Shown: piece by piece, positions 47,091 through 57,470 of the stretch | Numbering within the stretch: position 1 is the first letter of the stretch | Layout: the number at the start of each line of letters is the position of its first letter | Assembly (NCBI GenBank): GCA_964356335.1 | Contig: CAYHHI010000017.1 | Location: 1 to 63,609, forward strand | Source: an uncultured bacterium | Lineage (GTDB): Bacteria > Arandabacterota > Arandabacteria > Arandabacterales > Arandabacteraceae | Direction of reading: 5' to 3' | Length of the DNA: 63,609 bases | The notes under the pieces: generated by a model | Database searches by the model: none | Told to the model about the DNA's origin: nothing | Seen by the model: the letters and a program-made list of their open reading frames with translations, nothing else | Translations under genes and position numbers: made by a program

Positions 47091-47975
47091 ATGTTCAAGA
47101 CGTTCGGAGTGATAGCAAATCGAAGGAAGCCGGGGATCGATGGCATCCTGATGGACCTCATGTCATGGCTCACGTCCCGGAACTTGACCGTGCTCGTCTG
47201 GGATGACCTTGCCGGCATGGTTCCCGAGGTGGCCTTGAGACCTCTTGAAGAGATTGCCGAAAGGAGCGACCTCGTGGTGGCTCTGGGGGGTGACGGGACG
47301 CTTCTGAGGGCGGCACGAGTGGTAGGCAACCGCCTGACTCCCGTACTCGGCGTCAACGTAGGCAGTCTCGGATTTCTTACTGAGGTCACAGTCGGTGAAA
47401 TAGATGAGGCCCTGGACGGAATCCTCAAGGGCAAGTTCAGGTACGAAGACCGCATGAACCTTGACGCGTCCGTCTTGAGGAACGGCAAGGAGATTGCCAC
47501 TTTCACGGCCCTCAATGACGTTGTGATAAACAAAGGCGCCCTTGCCCGTGTGATTGAAATGAAAATGACCGTGGACGGTCATTATGTTGCTGTCTATACG
47601 GCTGATGGTCTCATAGTCTCCACCCCCACGGGTTCTACCGCATATTCGCTTTCGGCCGGCGGGCCCATTGTGAACCCGGTGATGGACGCCATCATCGCCA
47701 CGCCTATCTGTCCGCATACGCTTGCCGTGAGGCCGATGATCCTGGCGGCGGAACAGAAACTCGGCGTGGAGCTCTGGGCAGGTCATGGAGTGGATGGTGA
47801 GGCTGAGGTGAAGCTCACGATCGACGGTCAGGTGGGCTTTGACTTGCTCTCGGGTGATGCGATCGTCTTCAGAAAGGCGGAACAGCGAACCAGACTGATT
47901 CTTTCTGGCGAGAGATCCTTCTACGAGGTGCTGAGAGAGAAACTCAAGTGGGGTGACGCGCGCAGGAAGTCGTAA
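47091..47975 (+). CDS. nadK: NAD(+) kinase
   Basis: GGDGT, GSLGFL, LNDVV, STPTGSTAYSLSAGGP. Confidence 0.96.
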   Translation: MFKTFGVIANRRKPGIDGILMDLMSWLTSRNLTVLVWDDLAGMVPEVALRPLEEIAERSDLVVALGGDGTLLRAARVVGNRLTPVLGVNVGSLGFLTEVTVGEIDEALDGILKGKFRYEDRMNLDASVLRNGKEIATFTALNDVVINKGALARVIEMKMTVDGHYVAVYTADGLIVSTPTGSTAYSLSAGGPIVNPVMDAIIATPICPHTLAVRPMILAAEQKLGVELWAGHGVDGEAEVKLTIDGQVGFDLLSGDAIVFRKAEQRTRLILSGERSFYEVLREKLKWGDARRKS

Positions 47976-48004
47976 GGTAATCCCCCAGGATAAGATGACG
48001 GACC

Positions 48005-49714
48005 ATGCTTCGTGAACTCAGAATCACTGATTATGCAATCATAGATCAATTGGCAGTCCACCTTGCCCCGGGTCTCAATATCCTCACCGGTGAGACGGGT
48101 GCCGGCAAATCAATAATCGTGGGTGCCTTGAGCTTCGCCCTCGGCGAGCGAGTCTCGGAGGACGTGATAAGGAAGGGCGAGCCGGTCTGCCGGGTTGAGG
48201 CGGTGTTCGATCTTGGGCCGGCGAGGTCAAGGGGCGCGGGCCTCAGATCGGATTTGGTCGAGCCGGGTGCGCGGGAGATCACCATCACCAGGGACATCGG
48301 GCGAGACGGCAAGTCTAAGTGTGTCCTGAACGGCAGGTCCATATCGCTCACCTCGCTGCGGGAACTCGGCAATCTCCTGGTTGACTTCCACGGCCAGCAT
48401 GAGCATCAGGTGATCCTCAATGTGGGAAGCCACATTGACTTCCTTGACGATTTTGGGAATTTGTACGCTCCGCGGAACGACCTGGGTGGAAAGCGCAAAG
48501 CCTTTCTCGAGACCGACAAGAGCATAAGAACGCTCAGACAGCAAATCGAAGACGTCCGTTCGAGACAGGATTTGATCAGACATGAGATAAATGAGATTGA
48601 GAGTCTGAAACTGCGCGCCAACGAAGATACCGAGATCGAGGAAGAGATCGGCCTCTTGGAGAATGCCGAAAAGATAATCCAGGCGGGTAGCGAGGCTACA
48701 GAGGCTCTCTATGATGGCGACGATGCCGCAATCAAGCTGATTGCGCGGGCGAGGCTTCTGCTCGAGAAAATCGCGCCCTATTCGCGCGGCCTCTCCCCGC
48801 TGGGGGAGAGCCTCGACCAGGCGCATGTGATCGTCAAAGAAGTGGCGGAGAGTCTCAGGGACTCCCTCGGTCGCATGGATCTGGACTCATCGCGGCTGGA
48901 GTACCTGAGGGAAAGGGCTGTGGCGATAGACAGGCTGAAGCGCAAGTTCGGGAAGAGCGTAGGCGATGTGCTCGCATACCTAAAGCAGCTCAAGGCCGGT
49001 CTTGAGAATAAGGACGAGCTTGAGGCTGAGGTTTGCCGCCTTGAGGTGGAGAGGGCGCGCCTGGCATCGGAACTCGTTGCTCTCGCTGGTGAGCTTTCAA
49101 GAAAGCGGAAGGCTGTGGCTGCGCGGTTTGAGAAGATGGTTGAGAGCGAGCTTCGTTCCCTGGGAATGGAGGGAGGCGCCTTCAAGGTGGTCTTTGAAAG
49201 AGTGGAAGACGGCGACCAGATCACGGCAAAGGAAGGTGCCGGCGTGATCATAGGCGACAAGGGTATAGACGATGTCGAGTTCTTTATCCGCACCAACAGG
49301 GGGGAGGATCTGCTGCCGCTGAGGAGAATTGCCTCGGGCGGGGAGATCTCGCGCGTGATGCTTGCCCTGAAAAGCATTCTCGCCGGTGTGGACAGGGTGG
49401 GGACCCTGGTTTTCGACGAGATAGACTCAGGTATCGGTGGCAGCATAGCCGATGTCGTGGCGGCGAAGCTCCACGAGGTCTCGAAGTCGAGGCAGGTGAT
49501 ATGCATAACCCACCTTCCCCAGATTGCCGCGGCTGCCGAGATGCATCTCGCGGTTGGGAAGGCATCGAGTCGCGGTAGGACGGTCACGACCGTGGTCGAG
49601 GCGCGTGGAGAAGAAAGAGTGAAAGAGCTCGCGCGCATGCTTGCAGGAAGCAAGCCGCCAAAGTCGGCGGTTGTGCATGCCGAGGAGATGCTCAAGAGAT
49701 CAGGTTCTGGATGA
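48005..49714 (+). CDS. recN: DNA repair protein RecN
   Basis: TGETGAGKS, HGQHE, ASGGE, FDEIDSG, ITHLPQ. Confidence 0.97.
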   Translation: MLRELRITDYAIIDQLAVHLAPGLNILTGETGAGKSIIVGALSFALGERVSEDVIRKGEPVCRVEAVFDLGPARSRGAGLRSDLVEPGAREITITRDIGRDGKSKCVLNGRSISLTSLRELGNLLVDFHGQHEHQVILNVGSHIDFLDDFGNLYAPRNDLGGKRKAFLETDKSIRTLRQQIEDVRSRQDLIRHEINEIESLKLRANEDTEIEEEIGLLENAEKIIQAGSEATEALYDGDDAAIKLIARARLLLEKIAPYSRGLSPLGESLDQAHVIVKEVAESLRDSLGRMDLDSSRLEYLRERAVAIDRLKRKFGKSVGDVLAYLKQLKAGLENKDELEAEVCRLEVERARLASELVALAGELSRKRKAVAARFEKMVESELRSLGMEGGAFKVVFERVEDGDQITAKEGAGVIIGDKGIDDVEFFIRTNRGEDLLPLRRIASGGEISRVMLALKSILAGVDRVGTLVFDEIDSGIGGSIADVVAAKLHEVSKSRQVICITHLPQIAAAAEMHLAVGKASSRGRTVTTVVEARGEERVKELARMLAGSKPPKSAVVHAEEMLKRSGSG

Positions 49715-50826
49715 AAGGGAGAATCATGGCTTCGAGAGTCTATTTCGTTGATATGCGATCGACTTCTGAATCGGGCCTCCTGGAGAGGTTCGTCGTCTGT
49801 ATGGTAAAGGCCGGGATCACCGGCATTGCCGGCGAGAAGGACATTCTTGGCATAAAGCTGCATTTTGGTGAGAAGGGCTGCACGGCTTATCTCAAGCCGA
49901 TCTACGTGAGAACGGTGATCGAGACCATGGCCAAGACCGGGTGCTCGGTGTTCCTTACGGATGCAAACACGCTTTACGGTGGCTCGCGCTCGGACAGTGT
50001 GCGGCACCTCAGGACCGCGTTCGAGCATGGCTTCTCGTATGCTTCGATGGGAGCTCCGATCCTTATCGCCGATGGGCTGAAGGGCACCAATCACGAAACG
50101 GTGAAGATCAAGGGTAAACACTTCCAGGCAGTCAAGATCGCCTCCGACGTAGCGAGGGCCGATGCCCTGCTTGTGCTCACCCATGTAAAGGGCCATGAAC
50201 TCACCGGCCTTGGAGGCGCGCTCAAGAACATGGGTATGGGCTGCGGCAGCCGCGCAGGCAAGCTTGCGATGCACTCCGACGTCCGGCCTTACGTGAGTGA
50301 CAAGTGCATCGGTTGTGGCACGTGCCTTGGTTGGTGTCCTGTCACAGCCATAAAGGTGACTGAGAAGAAGGCTACCATCGACAGCAAGGTCTGCATAGGC
50401 TGCGGGGAATGCATGTTCGTCTGCCCGCAGCGAGCCATCAAGTTCCAGTGGGATGACTCGTACAAGGTCGTTCAGGAGAAGATAGTCGAATACGCCCTGG
50501 GAGTGGCCAAGCCCAAGGGGAAGAAGGTAGGCTATGTGAGTCTCCTTGTGGACATTGCACCCCAATGCGACTGCTACCCATTCTCCGATGCGAGTATAGT
50601 GCCCAACATAGGCATCCTCGCGTCGTTAGATCCAGTGGCCATCGATCAGGCGTCCATTGATCTCATAAATGCGCAGCCGGGCATTCCCGGCACAGCTCTT
50701 AAGGACACCAAGGCCGGGACCGACAAGTTCCGCGATGTCTATCCCGATCTTGATTGGAGCGTGCAGATCAGGCACGCCGAAGACCTCAACCTCGGCAGCA
50801 GCAAATACACGCTCGTGAAGATTTGA
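49711..50826 (+). CDS. DUF362-domain protein with inserted 2x[4Fe-4S] ferredoxin
   Basis: KLHFGEKG, TDANTLY, HVKGHE..GGALKN; CIGCGTC..CP and CIGCGEC..CP; CDC; DPVAIDQAS. Confidence 0.88.
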   Translation: MKGRIMASRVYFVDMRSTSESGLLERFVVCMVKAGITGIAGEKDILGIKLHFGEKGCTAYLKPIYVRTVIETMAKTGCSVFLTDANTLYGGSRSDSVRHLRTAFEHGFSYASMGAPILIADGLKGTNHETVKIKGKHFQAVKIASDVARADALLVLTHVKGHELTGLGGALKNMGMGCGSRAGKLAMHSDVRPYVSDKCIGCGTCLGWCPVTAIKVTEKKATIDSKVCIGCGECMFVCPQRAIKFQWDDSYKVVQEKIVEYALGVAKPKGKKVGYVSLLVDIAPQCDCYPFSDASIVPNIGILASLDPVAIDQASIDLINAQPGIPGTALKDTKAGTDKFRDVYPDLDWSVQIRHAEDLNLGSSKYTLVKI

Positions 50827-50914
50827 AAAGCCTTGACTCCTCGTAGGCCCTGTGTTTGAATGCGAACACACGGGAAGCAGCAGATGCCGTCCGGCTGGCA
50901 GAGGCGCGAATCCA

Positions 50915-53293
50915 ATGGTGCGAGAATCCGGTGAGGGCCAATTGGGAGAGACTCGTTCATTCGGGGCCCTGTCCCCGGGCACTCCAATATCCCACTACCG
51001 GATCATCGAGAAGATTGGTGCCGGCGGTATGGGTGTGGTGTACAAGGCCCAGGACACCAAGCTGGATCGGATTGTGGCCTTGAAGTTCCTGCCTTCTCAC
51101 CTCGTATGTGACCCTGAGGCCAAGGACCGCTTCGAGCATGAAGCCAGGGCAGCATCGGCCTTGAACCATCCCAATATCACAACCATATATGAGATCGATG
51201 AGGTGGCAGGTGAGTGCTTCATCAGCATGGAATATGTGGCAGGCAAGTCCCTGAAAGAGACCGTAAGGGATAAGGCCCTCACGGTGCAGGAGGTCATGGG
51301 GATAGCCCTTCAGATAGGGGAGGGACTTAAGGCTGCCCACGCCAAAGGCATAGTCCACCGAGACATCAAGTCGGACAACATCAAGGTCACGGCTGAAGGC
51401 CTGGTCAAGATAATGGACTTCGGCCTGGCTAAGCTGCGGGGAGTTGCGAAGATCACCCGGACGGGGACGACGTTGGGCACTTTGCAGTATATGTCTCCGG
51501 AGCAGGCACGGGGCCTGGAGGTAGATGAACGCTCCGACATCTTCTCATTTGGGGTGGTGCTCTATGAGATGGTGACGGGGCGGTTGCCATTCACGGGGGA
51601 CAATGAGGCGGCGTTGGTCCATGCGGTGGTCAATGCAACGCCCGAGCCGATGGCGAGGTACAAGGCGAAGGTGCCTGAGGGTTTGCAGAGGGTAGTGGAG
51701 AAGGCGCTGGCGAAGAATCGGGACGAGCGCTACCAGCATGTGGACGAGATGATAGCCGATCTCAAGTCGACCAAGCGGAAGCTGGAGACGACTCCGAGTG
51801 CGGGTAAACAGGTTGGGCCTCTTGGCTCGAAGCGAAGCCGGTTGTACCTGTATGCAGGCCTCGCCCTAGTTGTTGTGCTGGTCATCCTAAGCCGTACCCA
51901 CCTCCTCGGCCCCTCGCGTGAGCCTATTGATTCTCTGGCCGTGCTGCCCCTGGAGAACCTCTCGCGTGATCCCGATCAGGAGTACTTCTCGGACGGGATG
52001 ACGGACGCCCTCATAACCGAGTTGCAGAAGATACGGTCGCTGCGGGTGATATCCCGGACATCGGTGATGCGGTTCAAGAAGAGCGAGGAGTCACTTCCCG
52101 AGATTGCCAAGACCTTGAATGTGAAGGCAGTAGTGGAGGGTTCGGTGTTGCGGGAGGGGGACGTCGTACGGATCAACGTCCAGTTGATACAGGCATCACC
52201 TGAGAAGCACTTGTGGGCGAACAGTTTCGATAGGGACATGAAAGGCGTACTAGTCCTTCAGACCGACGTTGCCCGAGCGATTGCCCAGGAGGTCAGGGCT
52301 CTTGTCACACCCGAAGAAAAGAAGGAGATGGCGAGTTCTCGGCCTGTCAATCCCGAGGCACAAGAAGCCTACCTGAAAGGTCGTTTCTATTGGAATAAGC
52401 GGACGGAGCCTGACCTGCAAAGGGCAATTGACTATTTCAATCAGGCGATTGAGAAAGATCCAAGTTATGCTCTGGCGTATGCCGGGTTGGCTTCAACACA
52501 TGTCCTACTTCCCAACTATGGTCTTCTTTCGGCCACCGAGGCCAAGACGAAGGCAGAAGCTGCAGCAGGAAGAGCGTTACAGCTTGATCCTACGCTTGGG
52601 GAGGCCCATGCGGTTTTGGCAGGGATCAAGAGCGATTATGACTGGGACTGGGCAGGTGCCGAGAGCGAATTCAAGCTGGCAATTGAGCTTTCCCCGAGCT
52701 ATCCGACAGCCCATCAGTGGTACGGCGAGCTTTTGTCGTACCTCGGCAGGCTGGATGAGGCTCTCGCAGAGATAGAACAAGCCCACGAGCTTGATCCGCT
52801 CTCACTCATTATCATTACACAACTGGGCAATGCTCTGTACTTCAAGCGAGAATATGACAATGCGATAGTTCAATACAAGAAAGCAATTGAGCTCGATCCA
52901 GACTTCCCGGGTGCCCACGTTGGGCTGGGTTGGGCGTATGAGATGCAAGGCAAGCTTGACGAAGCTATCGCAGAGTTTCAGGAGGTGAGAACACTTGGTG
53001 CCGGACTAGCGGAACTGGGGTACGGTTATGCGCGAGCCGGCAAGAGGACTGAGGCCGCGGAGATACTGAACGAGTTGCTTGAAGTTTCGAGGCAAGGGGA
53101 CCAAGTATCTTCCAGCATTGCCCTTGTCTATTATGGACTTGGGGACATGGGGAAGATGTTTGAATGGCTTGACGAAGCCTATGAGCAACGGGGCCCAGGA
53201 CTGCTGCTTATGAAAGTGGACCCGCTCTTTGACGGCCTTCGTTCGGACCCGAGATTCACCGCCTTGCTGAAGAAGATGGGGCTGGCGGATTGA
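50915..53293 (+). CDS. Hanks-type Ser/Thr kinase - TM helix - TolB-N-like domain - TPR (copy 1)
   Basis: GAGGMG, VALK, HRDIKSDN, DFG, GTLQYMSPE; TM LYLYAGLALVVVLVIL; SLAVLPLENLS..QEYFSDG; TPRs; C-terminal LRSDPRF. Confidence 0.93.
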   Translation: MVRESGEGQLGETRSFGALSPGTPISHYRIIEKIGAGGMGVVYKAQDTKLDRIVALKFLPSHLVCDPEAKDRFEHEARAASALNHPNITTIYEIDEVAGECFISMEYVAGKSLKETVRDKALTVQEVMGIALQIGEGLKAAHAKGIVHRDIKSDNIKVTAEGLVKIMDFGLAKLRGVAKITRTGTTLGTLQYMSPEQARGLEVDERSDIFSFGVVLYEMVTGRLPFTGDNEAALVHAVVNATPEPMARYKAKVPEGLQRVVEKALAKNRDERYQHVDEMIADLKSTKRKLETTPSAGKQVGPLGSKRSRLYLYAGLALVVVLVILSRTHLLGPSREPIDSLAVLPLENLSRDPDQEYFSDGMTDALITELQKIRSLRVISRTSVMRFKKSEESLPEIAKTLNVKAVVEGSVLREGDVVRINVQLIQASPEKHLWANSFDRDMKGVLVLQTDVARAIAQEVRALVTPEEKKEMASSRPVNPEAQEAYLKGRFYWNKRTEPDLQRAIDYFNQAIEKDPSYALAYAGLASTHVLLPNYGLLSATEAKTKAEAAAGRALQLDPTLGEAHAVLAGIKSDYDWDWAGAESEFKLAIELSPSYPTAHQWYGELLSYLGRLDEALAEIEQAHELDPLSLIIITQLGNALYFKREYDNAIVQYKKAIELDPDFPGAHVGLGWAYEMQGKLDEAIAEFQEVRTLGAGLAELGYGYARAGKRTEAAEILNELLEVSRQGDQVSSSIALVYYGLGDMGKMFEWLDEAYEQRGPGLLLMKVDPLFDGLRSDPRFTALLKKMGLAD

Positions 53294-53294
53294 G

Positions 53295-53381
53295 TGGTAG
53301 GCCATACAGGACAACTTTCGCACATTCTTTAGGTTGAAAGAATGCCTGGAAGTAGCGAGCCTGGCAAGGGCGCTGACCTGA
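53295..53381 (+). repeat. Post-gene repeat, copy A (att-like, tRNA-3'-end-like)
   Basis: TGGTAGGCCATACAGGACAACTTTCGCACATTC...CTGACCTGA, homologous to 57099-57185 and 59743-59829. Confidence 0.8.
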
Positions 53382-53432
53382 ACCTTCGCACCCCACCGTC
53401 GAAGTGGCGCTAGTTTCTGGATGGCGTCAGTG

Positions 53433-53595
53433 TAGTCTTCACAACCCCATTAGATTGTATTTGAAAATACAAATCCCGACGGTTGTCTGAAAAATATCAT
53501 TGTGTTGGGGAGGGGCAACGGGCGACCGGCGAGCATTCTCCCTCGGTCACAACAGATGGAGATTGTTTTCCCAAAAACAATCTGCTAGGGTTCTG
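53433..53595 (+). promoter_or_regulatory. Conserved non-coding block with two TGT-N10-ACA palindromes (copy 1)
   Basis: TTGTATTTGAAAATACAA (53455-53472) and AGATTGTTTTCCCAAAAACAATCT (53560-53583); 162/163 identical to 59881-60043 by eye. Confidence 0.65.
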
Positions 53596-53777
53596 GTGTG
53601 ACTAATCGGAAGCGATTCACAGTCATACAGGGTGACATGATCCGTTCCAGAAGAGTTACTGGCAGGGGAATGGTGGGACGGAGAAGCCGCCGCTTGGAAT
53701 CGACCCCGTGTGAGAGTCGGATTCTTCGACGACGTACAGCCAGTCGACCATGAGGAGCCTGAGAAGGAGGAACACAT

Positions 53778-56700
53778 ATGAAGTCTAGACTTGCTGTCGT
53801 CTCATTGTTTGTATGTCTGGGCTTCCTTGTCGGCCGGGCAAGTGCTGAGACTTGGCAGGACCTTCTCAGCCGGGCAGATTCACTGGCAGCTGCAGGATCC
53901 GCCGACTCCGCAGATGCTGCCCTTGAGGCAGCACTATCCAGTGCTCTGACCCAATACGAACGGTCTGACACCACGGTGGAGTTTTCCACTTTCGAGGGCG
54001 GTGCGACCCGGAGACACTATTTTCCGAGTTATGCTTACGCCGAGAGCGTCTTCGCTATGTGTCTTCGCATCAAGGAGAGGATAGTCGGATCAGCGTCACC
54101 CGGGTACGCGACGATTCTGAGCGACTTAGGGCGACTTCACAGACAGCAGGGCAGGTATTATGAGGCTGAGTCTCTGTTTGTGCAGGCGCTGTCCATCAGG
54201 GAGAAGGCACTGGGGCCAGACCATCCGGATGTGGCGGCAAGCCTCAACAGTCTGGGGAACCTCTGGTGGGATCAGGGAAGGCTCTCTGGCGCCGAATCCC
54301 TCTATGTGCGGGCCCTATCCATCAGGGAGAGGGCACTGGGGCCAAACCATCTTGATGTGGCGTGGAGCCTGAATAACCTTGCGGGCCTATGGAATGACCA
54401 GGGCAGGTACTCCGAGGCCGAACCCCTCTTTGTTCGAGCCGTGGCCATCAGGGAGAAGGTCCTAGGGCCGGACGATCTTGATGTGGCGTGGGGCCTCAAC
54501 AGTCTGGCGGGTCTCTACCAGAAGCAGGGGAGGTATTCAGAAGTCGAGCCTCTCTATGAGCGTGCGGTGGCTATAAGGGAGAAGGCGCTGGGGCCTGACC
54601 ACCCTTATGTGGCGACAAGCCTCGGCAGCCTGGCAGTTCACTACTGGGAACAGGGCAAGTATTCGGAAGCCGAGCCTCTCTTTGAGCGGGCGCTGGCCAT
54701 AAGGGAGAAGGTGCTGGGGCCTAACCACCCTAGTGTGGCGACAATCCTCAACAACCTGGGAACCATGTACTGGGATCAGGGCAGGGATTCGGAAGTCGGA
54801 CCTCTCTTTGAACGGGCACTGGCTATCTGGGAGAAGGCGCTGGGGCCTGACCACCGTAGTGTGGCGGTAAGCCTCAATAACCTGGCATCCCTCCGCTGGG
54901 ATCAGGGCAGGTACTCAGAAGCCGAGCGTCTCGAGAAGCGTGCACTGGCTATCTGGGAGAAGGCACTGGGGTCTGACCACCGGGATGTGGCATTCGGCCT
55001 CAGCAACCTGGCAACCCACCACTTCGATCAGGGCCAGTACTCAGAAGCCGAGCCTCTCTGTAAGCGGGCACTGGCTATCTGGGAGAAGGCACTGGGACCC
55101 GACCACCCGGATGTGGCATTTGGCCTCAGCAACCTGGCAGAGCTCTACCGGGAACAGGGCGAGTATTCGGAAGCCGGGCCTCTCTATGAGCGTGCACTTG
55201 CTATATTTGAGCGGGCGCTGGGGCTCGACCACCCTAATGTGGCACTGTGCCTCGAATCTTTCTGCGACCTCCATCGCCGGCGGGGCGAGCGTGCAAACGC
55301 TATCGATCTTGCTCGGCGCGCCTGCAAGATAAGGCACAAGAACCTCGTCGAAAACTCAATCGGGCTTTCCGAGAAGGACGCACTGACCTTCTCACAGCTC
55401 TTGCGGGCTTCTCTGAGCAAGTACCTCTCTTGCTGCCTCGATCTGGGCTTGACTAACCCTGCCACTGCCTTGGAGGCCGCTGATCTGGTGGTCTCCTGCA
55501 AGGGCCAAGTATCTGATGGCATACTTGAGCGTCAGAAGTCCATTGTTGGAGGGGCCGATTCAACCACTCTTAGCCTGGCTGAATCTCTCAGATATGCGAG
55601 GTTTCAACTGGCGAAGCTCTTTGTCGAAGGCTCCGGAGAGGACGTGAGTGCCTGCAAATCTGAGGTTGACTCACTGGATAGATTCTCAGAGCAACTTGAG
55701 GTCGAGCTTTCCCGAAGAAGTGCGAGTTTCAGAGCATACGAGGCTTACGGTGATGTCAACGCCGATAGGATCACTTCCTTGCTTCCTCGGAACTCGGCAC
55801 TTGCTGAATACGTGAGATATGCGTACTATGATCTAGAGCCCAAGAGAGATATTCCTCACTACCTGGTTGTCGTAATAGCTACAGATGGAGAACCCCAGGT
55901 CGTTGATCTTGGTGACGCTTCCCAGATGGACAGCGTGATTGGTACGTACCGCAGCCATATGCTAAACGTAGCCACTTCCGGCAGGCCCCCTACGTTTGTG
56001 GACGAGCAGGAATACAGGAGGTGCGCCCAGGACCTGTATGGCAAGATTTGGCAACCGATCGAGGAATACGTCTCGGGCAGAGACCTGATCTTCATCGCCC
56101 CTGACGGCGCCCTCAACATGGTTTCCTTCGCTGCTTTGATCGACAAGGATGGCAACTATCTCATCGAGGGATACCCCATCCATTACCTCTCTGCCGGGAG
56201 AGACTTGGTAAGACTCAGCGGTGAGCCAACTCCTGGCACCGGCTTGCTTGCCTTAGGTGCGCCTGACTACAACGCCTCTGCGTCAAGCCGCCTACAAGCG
56301 CCCGTAACTCAAGAGACAACCATTACCGAACTAGCTTATATCAGGACGAGGAATGTCCGTTCTGGCTGTGGCAGGCTCAATGACCTCTCCTTGCCGCCGC
56401 TTCCTGGCACGAGAAGGGAAGTTGAGCTGATATCGTCCGAGTGGAAGAAAGCCTCGCAGGAGCCTGCTTCCATCTACTTTGGCTCCGATGCAAGTGAGGA
56501 GAGATTCAAGAAGGAAGCCCATGGCAAGAGAGTCATTCACCTGGCTACTCATGGCTACTTCTTGGAGGGCGCCTGCCAGCCTGAGGTACATGAGGGAAGC
56601 CTCGAACGTGGAGGTAGCTTTGGCAGAGATGCGGGCTATGTCGGTGAGAACCCTCTTCTGCTTTCCGGCCTCTTCTTCGCAGGCGCCAACCTGCATGGTG

Positions 56701-57080
56701 AGGGAGCAGACAGATTGGGATTCGAGGACGGGATACTGACCGCATATGAGGTCTCAGGGATGAGATTGGAGGGCACTGAACTTGTGGTTCTCTCCGCCTG
56801 TGAGACGGGTTTGGGTCGGGTAGAGGAAGGAGAGGGAGTGTACGGACTGAGACGGGCCTTCCAGATGGCAGGGGCGCGAACGGTTGTCAGCGCGTTGTGG
56901 CCGGTTTCAGACGAGGCAACGGTTGAGATGATGAGCGGGTTTTATGAGAGACGCAGCGAGTCTATTCCCGAGACTATCCGCAGGATACAGTTGGAGAAGA
57001 TCAGGGACCTCAGGAGACACGGTAAGGTGGATCATCCTTATACCTGGGCGGGTTTCATCGCCTTAGGTGACTGGAGGTAG
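53778..57080 (+). CDS. Secreted TPR-CHAT (caspase-like) protease (copy 1)
   Basis: Signal peptide MKSRLAVVSLFVCLGFLVGRASA; nine 42-aa TPRs plus a cap; PDGAL, LPGTRRE, HLATHGYF, VVLSACETG, SALWPV, HPYTWAGF. Confidence 0.93.
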   Translation: MKSRLAVVSLFVCLGFLVGRASAETWQDLLSRADSLAAAGSADSADAALEAALSSALTQYERSDTTVEFSTFEGGATRRHYFPSYAYAESVFAMCLRIKERIVGSASPGYATILSDLGRLHRQQGRYYEAESLFVQALSIREKALGPDHPDVAASLNSLGNLWWDQGRLSGAESLYVRALSIRERALGPNHLDVAWSLNNLAGLWNDQGRYSEAEPLFVRAVAIREKVLGPDDLDVAWGLNSLAGLYQKQGRYSEVEPLYERAVAIREKALGPDHPYVATSLGSLAVHYWEQGKYSEAEPLFERALAIREKVLGPNHPSVATILNNLGTMYWDQGRDSEVGPLFERALAIWEKALGPDHRSVAVSLNNLASLRWDQGRYSEAERLEKRALAIWEKALGSDHRDVAFGLSNLATHHFDQGQYSEAEPLCKRALAIWEKALGPDHPDVAFGLSNLAELYREQGEYSEAGPLYERALAIFERALGLDHPNVALCLESFCDLHRRRGERANAIDLARRACKIRHKNLVENSIGLSEKDALTFSQLLRASLSKYLSCCLDLGLTNPATALEAADLVVSCKGQVSDGILERQKSIVGGADSTTLSLAESLRYARFQLAKLFVEGSGEDVSACKSEVDSLDRFSEQLEVELSRRSASFRAYEAYGDVNADRITSLLPRNSALAEYVRYAYYDLEPKRDIPHYLVVVIATDGEPQVVDLGDASQMDSVIGTYRSHMLNVATSGRPPTFVDEQEYRRCAQDLYGKIWQPIEEYVSGRDLIFIAPDGALNMVSFAALIDKDGNYLIEGYPIHYLSAGRDLVRLSGEPTPGTGLLALGAPDYNASASSRLQAPVTQETTITELAYIRTRNVRSGCGRLNDLSLPPLPGTRREVELISSEWKKASQEPASIYFGSDASEERFKKEAHGKRVIHLATHGYFLEGACQPEVHEGSLERGGSFGRDAGYVGENPLLLSGLFFAGANLHGEGADRLGFEDGILTAYEVSGMRLEGTELVVLSACETGLGRVEEGEGVYGLRRAFQMAGARTVVSALWPVSDEATVEMMSGFYERRSESIPETIRRIQLEKIRDLRRHGKVDHPYTWAGFIALGDWR
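54096..55229 (+). repeat. Nine in-frame 126-bp TPR tandem repeats
   Basis: Unit consensus HPDVAxSLNNLAxLYxDQGRYSEAEPLxERALAIREKALGPD. Confidence 0.9.
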
Positions 57081-57098
57081 ACCGTCCAAAGAATCTGG

Positions 57099-57185
57099 GA
57101 GTACACCATACAGGACAAGTTTCGCAACTTCCTGAGGTCCGAGGAGTGCCTTGAGATAGGTCAGTTGGTGGCCGCGCTCCCCTGA
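57099..57185 (+). repeat. Post-gene repeat, copy B
   Basis: GAGTACACCATACAGGACAAGTTTCGCAACTTCCTGAGGTCCGAGGAGTGCCTTGAG...CCCTGA, 18 bp after the CHAT stop. Confidence 0.8.
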
Positions 57186-57470
57186 TCCCCGCTACCCCAC
57201 CATCAAGATGGTATTAATCTCGCAGAAACCCCAAGGGTAAGAGTCGAGGCATCCGGCTGGTTGGGGATGTATCTAGCATGCATCTGAGCGATCACCGTGG
57301 GAGATCCCAGGCGCTATAAGAAACGGACTCAGGAGTCAGCACGCCTTTTCTGAGAGCCGGACACTTGTCTAACCCTTCGATAATGTCGTTGATCTGTAAC
57401 GCAACCTGTGGTGGAATGGGGACGCGCGAGAGAGGTTTAACTTCACCCGGCTGCCCAGGGGGTGAACCCA

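Noticed and set aside
48778-50565. 595-aa minus-strand ORF (likewise 30148-31848, 44251-45306, 29254-30144, 6086-6958 and other antisense ORFs)
   Set aside because: Antisense shadows of well-supported genes (recN/DUF362, rpsA, ispA, ispH, ASKHA) with no recognisable motifs
53596-53777. Sigma-54 promoter downstream of the TGT-N10-ACA dyads
   Set aside because: The best candidate, CTGGCAGGGGAATGGT, lacks the -12 TTGC and is altered in copy 2
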